Shown here one piece after another: positions 1 to 13,212 of a stretch of DNA of 64,000 nt (position 1 is the stretch's first letter; every line of letters begins with the position of its first letter). A program made the position numbers and the translations under genes. The notes under the pieces are model-generated. The model had not been told where the DNA came from. It searched no databases and saw nothing but the letters and a program-made list of their open reading frames with translations. Source of the DNA: Lepidodermella squamata (taxonomy: Eukaryota; Animalia; Gastrotricha); assembly GCA_047495785.1 (NCBI GenBank), contig JBLDXI010000007.1, forward strand, positions 3,844,001-3,908,000, read 5' to 3'.

Positions 1-59
1 AAGTTGAATTAATTCGAAAATTCAATCAATTGAAATTACTTGACATTTTTAATTTTTAG

Positions 60-3000
60 ACCACCCTGAAATACAAGGCTGAAATGAATCGAAGCAGCTA
101 CGTTACGCCCACGAGTTACCTTCAACTGCTAAAACTTGTCTCGACGCTGTTGATTGACAAGAAAATCGAGTTGGCATCAGCTCGAGACAGGACAAAAGCC
201 GGGTTGGAAAAGCTGCTAACAACGGCGGTTGAGGTTGAAAAATTGCAGGGCGAACTCGAGACGATGCGGCCTATGCTGGAGGAAGCCGTCAAGGACGCGT
301 CGGCTACGATGATTGAAATCGAGCGTGATACAAAGGTCGCGGAGGAGACGAAGGCGATGGTCGGCCTCGAGGAGACCCAGGCGTCGGCGAAAATGGCCGA
401 GTGCAAGGCGATTGCGGACGACGCGCAGAAAGACCTCGATGAGGCGCTGCCGTTGCTCGACGAGGCTGTTCGCAGCTTGAAGACGCTCAACAAGAACGAC
501 ATTGTTGAAGTCCGTGCCCTGCAAAAACCGCCCGAGGGTGTCAAGGTATAATAGAGACTTTGTTTCGACTTGACGAACTAATTTGAAATTTCATAAGTGA
601 AAAATGTAAAAATTCTGAAATTAAGATTTTTCAACAATTTTAAAAGTATTATTGAAATTACAAAAATTTAGAAAATTTCTTGAATCTTGTAAAGCTTCAA
701 AATGTGATCTTGAGTTTTCACAGTCGAGCAACAGAGCGAGAAACAACCATTTTTCTATTTATAGATTTTATGAGGAAAGTACGTTCGAAATTAGGAAAAA
801 ATCGGTGTTCAAAAGGCCTAACGTACTTCACCATTACGTTAGGCGACTAAGAGTACGATCGAATGAGTCATCTACGTGGTTGTTTTGGCGCGTCGTTAAC
901 GATATGGCATTCCCATGGATTTTTTCGGGTTTTCTTTTATTCAAACTTCGAATTTTAAAACATTGAAAAGTAGCCTTGGAATTGTAATATCTGACTAAAG
1001 TTTATCAAAAGCTGTACCGTAAGTGGCCGGGAAAACAGTTTTCTAAAAGCTTGGAAATCTTTGGAGTTAATATCTGTCTATCGGTAGAATGTTTTGGATG
1101 TGCGCCCAAATTGCCTATGACAGAAGTGAAAATAGCAACCAATGTGGCGGAAACCCACGCCGAAGAAGATAGCTGCATGAAGCCCATCTTCAAAATCCGA
1201 AAGAAATTCGTTTAGGAAGTCGGCTCGGCTTTTGACGGCAAGAGCGTTATGATAATTGCTGACCTTTTGTCCCATCTTTGAGTGGGGTTCGAAAAAATTT
1301 AGAACTTATGAAATTTGTTGAATTTAAAATTGAAAGTTATATCTATGCTAATTTGTAATTTCTTGTTAATTTCAGGTCGTACTCGAAGCCGTTTGCATTA
1401 TGAAGAGCGTGAAGCCGAAAAAGGTTGCCGGCGACAAGCCAGGGTCGAAAATCGACGACTACTGGGAGCCGGGTAAAGCCCTGCTGCAAGACCCTGCCAA
1501 ATTCCTGCAGTCACTCTACGACTACGACAAGGACAACATCCCCGAGTCGGCCATCATCCAAATCCAGCCGTACATTGACAACGAAAATTTCCAGCCGGCC
1601 GCCATTGCGAAAGTGTCGAAAGCGTGCACGTCGATCTGCCAGTGGGTGCGGGCCATGTACAAGTACCATTTCGTGAACAAGGGCGTCGAGCCGAAGCGAC
1701 AGGCGCTGAGGCAGGCGCAGGAGGAACTGCGCGAGAAGCAGCACGTTCTCGACGAGGCCAAATCGCGACTTCGCGCTGTTGAAGAAGGTCTAGCCACCTT
1801 ACAGGTAAAAATTCGAACAATAACTAATGCCTAATTTTTATCCACATTTTTGGAAAAATCGAACTGAAAAACTTCATTGAAGATATTTTTGAGAAATTTT
1901 TTTGGGATGATGGAAAAAGGATGGAATGGAAAAAGTTTGCAAATTGGAATTTGAAATTCAAAAATCGAAAATCGATATAATGTTGAAATTTGAAAATCGA
2001 AAACGTTGAAATTTGAAAATTGGAAATTTAAAATTGGAAAAACTGAAATTTGAAATTTGAAAATCGAAAATGTCAACATTTAAAATTGGAAAAATTTAAA
2101 AAATCAATTATAAGTAAAAGGCATTCTTTCTCGAAGAAAGACCATTGGAATTTATAAGCTGAAATTCACAATCTGGTTAAATTTTTATTTCATGTTGAAA
2201 AGTTCTAAATTTTACTAAATTTTCGAGCAACGCTAGCTAATTAGATTTGGGTCTTACTTTTACCGGAAACAAATTTGACTGGAAGCGGAAACAAATTTTT
2301 AGTAATTCGTTCAAAAATAGATTTTCCAAACTTTGTGAAATTTCCCGATTATTTTGAAAAAATCCGAATTAATGACCATAAAATGTTCCGTGATTTTCAG
2401 TACAAAGCCTGGAAATCACTTTACGAACAACACGTGATCATGATTAAACAAATTATTGGAAAAATGGCACTTTTTGATCTTTTGCGTTTGGCGCCAACTA
2501 TTGAAATTTGGTTCCGCTAAAAGATATTCTTATTAGATTTGATCAAAATAATTGTAACAGCGTCGTGAATTTGGGCTCAATTTCTCGGAAAATTATTTGA
2601 GTTGAAATTAAAATTCGAGGTTCTCAGTTTTTTGGGACAGAATCCACAATCCAAAAATTATTCATTTTTATTCAAATTTTCCTATACCGTATTCATTTTT
2701 CGGGAAATCAAGATTTTTCTATTTTTTTCTTTATTTTTTCTATCGATTTTAGGCGCGTTACAACGACTGCGTGTCGAAGAAGCAAGAACTGGAGCAGCGG
2801 TGCAAAGAATGCGAACAGCGCCTCGTGCGAGCCGACAAACTCATCGGCGGGCTGGCGGACGAGAAAGGCCGTTGGCAGGAGACAGTCGCCCGCCTGTCGA
2901 ACATCATCGAAAACATCATCGGCGACGTGCTGATCGCCGCTGGCATGGTGGCCTACTCCGGCCCGTTCACAGGCGCCTACCGCCAGGCGATGGCCTCAGA

Positions 3001-6000
3001 TTGGACTACTCAGTTGGATGTGTTGAAAATTCCGCATACGTCAGAGTTGGGGCTCGTCAATACGCTGGGTGATCAGGTGCGCATTCGCAATTGGCAGGTC
3101 GCTGGGCTGCCCAAGGATACGTTGTCCGTCGAGAATGGTATCATTGTTCAGTACTCGCGCCGTTGGCCGCTGTTCATCGACCCCCAGGGCCAGGCTAATA
3201 AATGGATCAAAAATCTCGTGAGTTCATGTTATTAACGTCAAAAATAGTTCAGCTACATTTCAGAGCTCCTGCAATTTTCATGGAATTTTTTGAAAAAATA
3301 GGAAATTTCAGGGTTCGAAGTGTTGAATGGATAGTCAGAGCTAGAGATTTTCAATTTTTACTGGTTGCAAGTTTTTACCCTACTTGTAAATCATTTTCTA
3401 ATTTTGGAAAATCATTACTCGACGAAATATGTTTAGTTTGCGAATTCATTTTCGGCATGAATCCGATGAGCTTTTCCAAATGAGCCATCCAAAAACCTCG
3501 AATGATCACCAACGCCGTAGATTTCAGCCAGATCAGCCAAAAATCAAATATCAACTCGCCGAATTCATACTGACCTTTTGATCCAGCGATTTCGATACAC
3601 TTTCGTGGTTCAGATTTCGATGGCGCAATCGATAGCGCTGTGCGCCTAGTCTCTTTCGTTTTGCGTGTGCCCAACTTCAAAATAATTTAGCTGAACCGAT
3701 TTTCAAGCAAGGTCTCGAACAGCCTTCAGCATAATAGCAGGGACTTGCTTGTTTTTGTTTTGGCCTCCACAATTATCAGCCCAGCCGTTCACTTGTTCCA
3801 CGCCTTTTTCATGAAGCATGAAACAAAGAAGATATTTCGTTCGAGCTGATTCCGCCGTTAGTCTCATCCCAGACGTAGTTGACCGGTTTTCGATGATCTC
3901 CATAGCAATAAAACGTTTCCGTATGAATAGCTAGCTTGTCCCGTGAGGAAAGAAAATGAAGACGATTCAAGGGAAAGAGATCAGATGGTCTAAAATGAGT
4001 AGCGAAGTCACGCCTTGATGTCAGAGAAATTGCAAATGCCTTTAGATTGGTTCGCGGATTTTACGAACAATCCGGACCGGTCTAAACCGGACCATTAGCC
4101 TGGCATGACCCGAGTCCGATTTAGGCAGCCAATTTACACTACTTCAGTCGAGAGGGCTTCGTCAGAGCTTCCGACATGATCTCTTCTTTTGATTATCGGT
4201 TCGAGTTTGCCCATACGGAACCAACGCTTGCACTGTACGATGACCAGTTACCTGAAAATTCGAATTTACCAAGAAATTTGCGAAAAGGAAAAAATATATA
4301 CCTAGATAATTTCGGTTTCAGGAATACTGCCGTCAAGCATAGTCGTGACGGCGCTATCGCGCACGCAGTCATTCGTGTAAATGTGTGACAATCTAGCAGC
4401 AATTGAAATGGTTTTCATCAGTGTCCAATAGGATTGAAAAACTGACAATTGGCAAACCATCGGGATTTACGAGTTATGAGTTGTTGATTCGAGGCGTACA
4501 TGTTAGGCCAAGTCGCTATCCATTTGAAAATTACCTGGGCTGCGATCTTTCTTCTGAAGAGAAAGTATGCATCATTCGGCGGACTCAGGTGCAGTGTTTT
4601 CCTCGAAATAAGCTCGGCTAGGCTTGTAGTGCTCGTCCAATTCTCGCCATACTATGGGTTCACCCATCAAAAGAGAGAAAACTTGAAAATTTGTGCTGCT
4701 ACGAAACTCCGGTTGTTGTTTCAGAATTTAGTCGAGCCAGTTCCTTAAGCCGATTGAAAACTCGGCGGTAGTCGCCAGTTCTTCGCCTTGCCATTAGCAC
4801 GTATATTATAGATATGGTTCATGATCAAATGTGTCGCATCCCATATTCGAAATGAATCGAGAAGCTTCCAATTCTAGTTCACAGATGATTCGAACGATGG
4901 CAATGAAATGACGGAGAACGTGTGTTTATCGAGGCCGTAGAAGACTCATTTTCGGAGGCTGACTCGGTCCACCATGATCGAGAAGCCATCCCAAACGCTG
5001 ATTCTTCTTCACCGGTCTTCGTCGTTGAAAGATCGTGTGTGTCCGTAATTGCCCCTAGTAGGTCGACTTTGCGGGCCGGGTTGCTGAAGAAGGCCGGCTT
5101 CGCCATATGCAGCGAGGAACCTGGGTCAAGCTGGATGACCGGAGTAAGAATCAAGTCGGGTTCGCTGACTGGCACCACGTCTGATTTGCTGGTCAGATGT
5201 CCTTCGACTCGGTTAGCGTTTTCGTCGCCATAATTGCCACGTATCTATGAAAGTGATTGGAATTGTACGGCGAAATTGTCCCGTGCGCAAAATGTTCCGA
5301 GGCATTGAATAAAATGTGTGGAAAATTTCGAACAATTCGGGAAAATATTGCCTAAATTTTTCAAGCCAGCATATTAGGAGAAAGATTTGAGCCATTAAAA
5401 CGAAATAATTGCAATGCAAATGAATTTTTGATCAATTCTGGTCTGTTGCTAAATTTCTTTCAGCTGTGAGTAAATACATTTGAAATGTTGTAACGTTGTT
5501 TCATGAAAAAGACCCAGAATGATGACGCCATCCGACCACCGACACCTCCGGGTGTTCCTTCGTCGCATGTCAAAGTAAAAAGCACAAAAAACATGCACAA
5601 AAATGGATTATTTTTATCTTTATTTTCAAAAATCACGTCAAATTATATTTTTTTGAAAATCAATTATTCTGAAAATTTATTATAATTTTCCTTCATCTTT
5701 TTTAGGAGAGGGAAAAATCGATAGATGTGATCAAATTGTCGGACAAAGACTACATCCGAACGCTGGAAAATGCGATTCGATTCGGTAAGCCGTGCCTACT
5801 CGAAAACGTAGGCGAAGAGCTGGACCCAGCCCTGGACCCGATCCTGCAAAAACAAACCTTCAAACAAAGCGGTTCAATTGTCATCAAATTAGGCGACGCT
5901 GTCATCCCATACCACGACGATTTCAAGCTGTACATCACTACAAAATTGCCAAACCCGCACTACACACCTGAAATGTGTTCAAAATGTACGCTGTTGAATT

Positions 6001-9000
6001 TCACGCTATCGCCGTCTGGCTTGGAGGATCAGTTGTTGGGCCTGGTCGTGGCTGAGGAGCGGCCGGACTTGGAGGATGCGAAAAATCAGTTGATTGTGTC
6101 CAATGCGAGGATGAAAACTGAGCTGAAGCAGTTGGAGGACAAAATTCTGTACCGATTATCCGCATCTGAAGGCAGTCCGGTCGATGACCTTGACCTTATT
6201 CAGGTAAAAAATGAGATTTTTTGAAATTGAATTAAAAAATTGATTTAAATTTAAAATTAAGTATAACAATTGCAGATTGATGTTTCATGATTTCAATTGA
6301 ATTTTAAATTTCGAATCGAAATGATCAAAAATTGATTTGCGATTTTTCTACATTTTTGGAGCTTATTTTCTTGATTTTTTCTACATTTTGTTGAATTTTC
6401 AACTGATTTTTTTAGGTCCTCGAAGCTTCGAAGGTGAAGAGTTTTGAAATCAAGAGCAAAGTGACGGTGGCCGAGCAGACAGAGCGTGATATAGATAAAA
6501 CGCGAAGTCAGTACATACCCGTGGCGACCAACAGCCAGATTCTGTTCTTCTGCGTCGCTGATCTCTCGAATATCGACCCTATGTACCAGTACTCGCTCGA
6601 GTGGTTCATCGCCATTTTCATCAACAGCATTCAACATGCCGAAAAATCAGGTTCGAAATTTGCTCGGAGAATTTTTCAAACATTTTTTTGAATTTTTTCC
6701 AGATGTTATGGAGACGCGAATTCAGAACGTGAACAATCACTTTACGTTCAATTTGTACTCGAATATTTGCCGATCGCTGTTCGAAAAACACAAGTTGCTA
6801 TTCGCTTTCTTGTTATCGACCCGAATTCTCATGTCTCGAAATATGATCAACATGGTTAGCACTTTTCTTCGTCGATTTTTCGCCCTCCGGAATTTTTCAA
6901 ATTTTGAATTCAATTTCTAATCCCCCTTGAAAAATGTTAATTTCAATTTTAAAAATGGATTATTTTGTCGTGAATAGGAAGAATGGCAATTTTTGTTGGC
7001 CGGCGGAGCCCAGCGTGGCAAAGAATTGCCGAATCCAGCCCCAAGTTGGCTGTCAGACCGAGCTTGGAACGATATTCTCTGCCTGTCTAAAATGCCGACT
7101 TTCCACGATTTGCCCGATCAATTCTCTTCGCTGGCGGATGGCTTCAAACGCATTTTCGACTCGATAGAGCCGCACCGGGAACCTATTCCTGGCGCTTGGG
7201 ATGAAAAGCTGGATTCGTTCCAGAAAATGATCATTACCAAGTGCCTCCGAGCTGATAAGGTTGGTGTTCGAACTTTTCCAATTTAAAGTTTTTTGAAAAT
7301 GAATTTTTCTAAATTTCAAACAACTTTCAAAAAATGTCGGGAGTTTCGTTTATTTTTTTTTCTGTTTTCAAGGTGACCAATGCTATGCAAGACTTCGTCG
7401 CCAAGCACCTCGGCCAGCGGTTTATCGAGCCTCAAACCGCCGAGTTGATGACTGTTTTCAAGGACTCATCGCCCTCACTACCGCTCATCTTCGTCCTGTC
7501 TCAGGGCACAGATCCCGCTGCTGATTTGTACAAATTCGCCGAGGAAATGAAATTCACGAGAAAATTATCCGCAATCTCGCTTGGCCAGGGTCAGGGCCCG
7601 ATTGCCGAGTCCATGGTGAGACAAGCTATGGAACGCGGCAAGTGGGTGTTTTTCCAGAATTGCCATCTCGCCCCATCTTGGATGCCGAGTTTGGAGCGGC
7701 TGGTCGAGCAAATCGACCCAGAAAAGGTTCGAAAACATTTACTGATTTGTTTCCAACTTTTCGGAATTAAGAAAAAATTCAATTATTTTTTGAAAATTGT
7801 TGAGGTTTATTTCAAATTTCAATTTCAAATTAATTATTTATCCAGGTACATCGCGATTTCCGTCTGTGGCTCACTTCAATGCCTTCCCCGAAATTTCCCG
7901 TTTTCATCCTCCAAAACGGCTGTAAAATGACGGTTGAACCTCCCGAGAGGTATCAAGGCCAATCTGATGAAGTCCTACGCCGGCATGAACGACGATTTCC
8001 TGAACTCGTGCCGCCAGAAAACGGATCCATTCAAATTCTTGCTGCTATCGCTGTCATTCTTCCACGCTTGCGCGTTGGAGCGGCGCAAATTCGGCGCGCT
8101 CGGGTTCAATATTCCTTACGAATTTACGGATGGCGATCTGAGGATTTGCATCAGCCAGTTGAAGATGTTCCTGCTCGAGTACGAGGAGATCCCGTTCAAG
8201 GTCTTGCGATACACGGCTGGCCATATTAATTACGTAAGTCTGATTACTGAAATTTTTTTATTAGCTGCATTGAATTTGAAAAATTTGAAAATTTTGAAAT
8301 TTTGAAATGTTGAATCACTAGAGTCTCATTTTTTGTTATCATGCCCAACCGATAAACCTGCTCACTTGGGTCACTTTAAGAGTTCAACTTCAGCCTTTAG
8401 ACCTGATATCGATTCGAAGTATCGATTTTACAAATCAGTTATTTTTCCGATATCTGGGGATATCTGGAATTTTAACTTATGAGGCTACATAATGCTAAAA
8501 TTAAAAATCCGCGGTTCGATACAAAAATTCTAAAAGGTCGAAATCTTGAAGTTCTTGAAGGTTGAAATATATTATTAATTCTGATTTTCAGGGTGGTCGT
8601 GTAACGGATGATTGGGATCGTCGTTGCCTGATGAACATTCTCGAAGGCTACTACGACATCGCAGTTCTCGATGAAAACTTCTCATACAGCCCATCGGGAA
8701 CCTACCACCAGCTGTCGCCAAATACCGACTACCGCGGCTACATGGAATACATCAAAGCGCTGCCAATCAACGACAGCCCCGAAATCTTCGGCCTGCACGA
8801 CAACGCCAACATCACCTATGCCCAGAATGAGACGTACATTTTGCTGGAGAATCTACTCAAGCTTCAACCTAGATCGTCGAGCGGGGCTGGAAGGTCCAGG
8901 GAAGACGTTATGGAGGAACGGGCGAAAGATATCATCGAGCGAATTGCGAAGCCGATCCCGTTAGAGCCGGTTATGCTAAAGTACCCGGTTCAGTACGAAC

Positions 9001-10042
9001 AGTCGATGAATACTGTGCTTACGCAGGAAATCATTCGCTACAACCGCCTGCTAGGTGTCATCCATTCGAGCCTGCCAGCTTTGCTGAAGGCTCTGAAGGG
9101 GTTGGTTGTGATGTCGCAGGAGTTGGAAGACCTCGGCAATTCGTTGTTCAACAACATGGTGCCGAAAATGTGGGCTGGCAAGGCGTATCCGTCACTGAAG
9201 CCGCTCGCGGCTTGGGTCGAGGATTTGGGCGCGCGTATTACGTTCATGCGAGATTGGATTGATAACGGAATCCCGGCGGTTTTCTGGATGTCTGGGTTCT
9301 TCTTTCCGCAGGCTTTCCTTACCGGAACACTGCAGAACTATGCTCGCAAAAAGGTACGGGGTTTATAAATCTAAGGGAGGTTCGAGAAGACTGCAATCCT
9401 CGTAGTTAGCAATTTAGCTGGAAAGGTTCAGTGGTAGCTATAATTTCTTCCCAGTTTGGAACTTGTACCCATTCGTGGGCTAGTTGAAAGCCCGAAGTTC
9501 GTGTACTTGGAACTTCGAAAATTAAAAATTGAAGGTTCGAAAGGGAAAGCTGAACCTTTTCCAGCTTTTTGTGAGAGTTTAGTCTGAAGGGAAATCGGTA
9601 TCCAAGGTTTCAGATATTTTCAGATCTGACCGTTTTTTCTTCTTTATAGGTTGTTTCTATTGACTCGATTGCGTTCAACTTCGAAGTACTGCGCGAAGAC
9701 CGAAAGTCGATTAAGAAAGGTCCAGAAGACGGCTGTTACATCTACGGCTTCTTCATCGAAGGCGCTCGTTGGGACCACACCGAGCACAAGCTGGCAGAAT
9801 CTCGACCGAAGGAGCTGTACACCGAAGTTCCAGCGATTTGGTTAACGCCAATTGCTAACCGGAAACCACCGACTTCGGGCATCTACGACTGCCCGGTTTA
9901 CAAAACGCTGACTCGGGCTGGTACGTTGTCGACCACTGGCCACTCGACCAACTTCGTATTTTCGGTGGAACTGCCGACGGACATGCCGCAGTCGCACTGG
10001 ATCAAGCGAGCCGTAGCCATGCTATGCGCTCTAAATTATTGA
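60..10042 (+). CDS. DNAH1: Axonemal inner-arm dynein heavy chain 1, 3' part (stalk to C-terminus); 5' end lies outside the window
   Basis: Exons joined at GT-AG: 60-545, 1376-1804, 2753-3217, 5706-6203, 6416-6650, 6703-6854, 6978-7259, 7373-7726, 7846-8233, 8592-9353, 9650-10042. Motifs include [48 protein letters not shown] and C-terminal [23 protein letters not shown]...[15 protein letters not shown]. One +1 frameshift at about 7943. AATAAA at 10196. Confidence 0.93.
1937..2095. repeat. Degenerate AT-rich tandem repeat (TTGAAAT/TCGAAAA units) in a DNAH1 intron
   Basis: Many copies of ttgaaattt and gaaaatcgaaaa are directly visible. Confidence 0.6.
3610..3930 (-). mobile_element. Decayed DNA-transposase remnant (Sola-like) in a DNAH1 intron
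   Basis: Minus strand carries, in order, [28 protein letters not shown] and [19 protein letters not shown], with frameshifts and an in-frame stop. Confidence 0.7.
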
Positions 10043-10374
10043 GAACTTATCAAATTATACGAACAAATATCTCACACCATGGATTCTCATTTGATCTCCA
10101 ATTATTTTGCTAAGATTGTTGTTTTATTTATTGCTTTAAAATGTTTGAGATATCGGCATCTTATTTGAATGAGTGATCGCACCGAGTATGTGCCGAATAA
10201 AAATTGATTATTTAATTCCTCGTCTTTTACTGAAAAGCTGAGCTATTTTTCCACGATGCCATTTCGTCCGCAACTCGATAAGATAAAAAATGTAACCGAA
10301 GCAGTTCAGATAAGTGTATTACAGTTTCTTCTTTTCTACCGCTTTGTGAGGCTCACATACTTTTATAGTATATA

Positions 10375-11816
10375 ATGATACCAAGATTTCAATCTATCTC
10401 TGATTTCAGCAAAGTAAAATGCTTGGGCAACGGCTCATTTGGATCGGTTTGGCACTGTAAGGCGAATGGCGACTACGCGGATTACGCCGTTAAGGTGGTC
10501 AATCTGAGCGCGATTCTTCGAAAGTATCACAATAACCAGGATGTAGCGCGAAAACTTGTCAAATTAAGTCGTGAAGAGGTTACTCTGTCCCATCTCCCAA
10601 TTATATAAATAATTTCTGTTCGATAGCATGTCAAATTGCAGAGTTTGAAGCATTTCAATATTGTCGCAGTGCACGGCGCATTTGAAGGTTGAGTAGCATT
10701 GGTAGAAATTATTCGACTGAGAAATTGATCTTAACATTATTGTCAGAACCGTTACTTGAAATTGACGATACAAATCCAACTGAGAACTCTTGGCGAATCG
10801 ATGATGACATGTACTACCTCGTCATGGATTTTTGCCACGGCGGAGATTTGGGAACTTACATTGAAAAAACTAAGCGGGAAAATGGGTTTATATCAGAACA
10901 ATTGCTTCGTGGCTGGGCGCAACAACTGGTATCGGCTATAGCGTTAATGCATAAGTGTTTCGCCCTGCATCGTGACATAAAGCCGAAAAATATTTTCCTG
11001 TGTGACGATGGGAAAACTGTCAAATTGGGTGACTTTGGATTTGCCAAGATTTATATTGGGTATGAAATTATTGTCAGTGCCGAAAAATGGGAATTAGAGA
11101 ATGCTTCACTGAAATCAAGGACATCGAGCAGCACATTCATAGGTCTGGGGACTGAATTATACGCCGCGCCCGAAATATTCAGGAACGAACAGCACTCACC
11201 GGCCAGCGATTGTTGGTCCCTTGGCGTGACTATGTTTGAGTTGGCAAACCTTCGCAGACCAGTAAGTATTGGCTTGGAATTCGGCTGATAATGTATAAAT
11301 ATCCGTGTAAGTTTCAGACATCTTTCGACATTACTTCGTAAGTTGTGCAGCAGTATATAATTTATAAGCATCAGTTTAACAGTAATCAATTTGAACCTTT
11401 CTGACATTCGTGGCAGAAGCTCAGTTGAGCCGAAATATGCGGATTCTTGCCAATATTCGACGGAATTTCGAAGCTTCCTTTCATCAATGTTGAAGAAGGA
11501 TAGGTCATTGCGCGCTAACGCGGACGACTTGTTAGCGAGCCTTTTTTGACAGAAATTCCGAGGACCAACTTGAAGAGTAAATTCTCGCGAATAAACCATG
11601 TCTGGGGAGTAGCGTCGAGGGCGGTAGCAAAGCTTAATTGGTTGCTTCTGTTCTCTTGCATTATCGTCATTGCTTGCATTTCTGGAATTACTTCAGAGCA
11701 TTCTGCTGCCCAAATTAGACATCACACTGAGGTGCGAGTGTTACAGAGGCTATTATCCACCGCTGCTCAAAGTGGCAACGTGGAAGTCGCTAGGTTCCTC
11801 TTTGCACTCCGACGTT
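10375..11816 (+). CDS. NEK-like Ser/Thr kinase, probably followed by a TM segment and an ankyrin-like repeat; disrupted at the 3' end
   Basis: Exons 10375-10578, 10627-10687, 10747-11261, then about 11375-11816 (junction uncertain). Motifs LGNGSFGSV, YAVKVV, YLVMDFCHGGDL, HRDIKPKNIFL, VKLGDFG, GTELYAAPE, SDCWSLG, and subdomain XI YSTEFRSFLSSMLKKDRSLR. Confidence 0.8.
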
Positions 11817-12525
11817 CAGGGGCGTATCCAGGCGGTTGTTTTGGTTGTTAAACAACTACCAAAATGAATTCTGAAAAACCCCTCTCAACAATAACTTCCC
11901 AATTTTCGATCATTTGGCTGATCATTCCTTCTCCAGATGCGGTTTTAAGCTTCAAATTAAGCAAAAATAAATGCAAAATCCAAATTTTTCTGCTCGCTAC
12001 GCTCGCACAACTATAAACTACATGTTCTGATTCGCTTCAAGCATCTGTATGAAACCATACTTAGCGTTTCAGGTTGGTTTCACAATCCAGCTATAACCCG
12101 AAATGGCTACTTCTGGGAAACATAAATCGCGGGGCACAGGGTTGTAAATATTTTAGTAAATATTGCGTATGAACGGCGATTTTCTCGGTATAAAAGGTTG
12201 TAAGAGCTTCCTTTCGGAGCAATTTTAGGCTATTTCCAGCTCACATTTCAGCGAAAAAATGAAAAATTTAAAATCTGTCCATATTTCAGCTTCAACGCAC
12301 TCATCTTCATAGCTAGGGAAAATAATGCAGTTGGCCAATTTCGGAATACTTAATCGAAAATTACAGTATATTATACAGTAAAATCCAGCTAGATAACATG
12401 CAATGCGCGAATGGGTTCAAATACTGCACTTATCTATTAAAAACACTGAAATACCCTTAAAAATCTGTTTTGTGAACTGTTTTGGAAAAAACAACTACCA
12501 AACCAAAATCCTGGCTACGCCCCTG
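11817..12525. mobile_element. Non-autonomous hAT-type element (709 bp)
   Basis: TIRs CAGGGGCGTATCCAGG / CCTGGCTACGCCCCTG (15/16 match). Perfect 8-bp TSD CCGACGTT at 11809-11816 and 12526-12533. Confidence 0.92.
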
Positions 12526-12668
12526 CCGACGTTAAAGATTAACTATGATTTTGGAAACTTGTTACACACCGGTTGTAATCCGGTTGTCTGATAGTTTTGC
12601 TTTTATAATAAATTCTGTTATTCAGTTTCACCATTTTTGCAATATTAACAGGGAAAGAACGCCTACAA

Positions 12669-13212
12669 TCAAGCTTCATATTTCGCAAACACCTCTTTAT
12701 CGTGTTTCCCAGCCATTATGTCGGTCGCCATGTGGCGAGCCCAGATGAAGAATGACGTTACGTTCTCGCAAAGAGCTCGAGATTGGAACATCTGCATACA
12801 ATGCGCCATACGAGCCCGTCGCAGTAGCGCCGATCTAACGTTGATCAGCAAATTGTTCCGCACATCAGGAGACTGCTGTAACAGCCGTAGAGCGCGAATT
12901 CGGTTAGAAGCTATTTCAAATTTAAAACAAAAATGCATGAAAAATGGGAATCAGGGACCTAATATTTTGCTCACCTTGAGCAAGTTTTGCCGGGTCCATG
13001 CCAGATTTTATTGCTGCGGCTGTAGTGGTTCCCATCACTGAATCGACTTGTTGCATGATCGAGGCTTGCGGTACCCCTTTGTTGGTTTTAACATTCGATT
13101 GTTTTGAAAGCTTAAAGATCAGCTTAGTTCTCCTGCATTGAGCTACTTGCAGGCTGATCAGCAAAAAGAGCGAACAAGATAATAGTTGAATGAAGAATTT
13201 AAGTGGCAGCAT
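12669..13212 (-). CDS. Small secreted orphan protein, two exons
   Basis: ATG at 13212. Signal-peptide-like start MLPLKFFIQLLSCSLFLLISLQVAQC. A phase-1 intron 12974-12911 (GTGAG...ATAG) joins the ORFs 12922-13227 and 12669-12938 in frame. Confidence 0.65.

Noticed and set aside
122-544. Long antisense or alternative-frame ORFs over dynein, MKK, COG4, DRC3 and PP2A exons
   Set aside because: They are shadows of GC3-rich coding sequence and show no independent motifs.
9370-9500. GGTTCGA and a small GGGCT..AGCCC hairpin suggesting a tRNA or ncRNA
   Set aside because: No cloverleaf and no properly spaced A/B boxes could be built.
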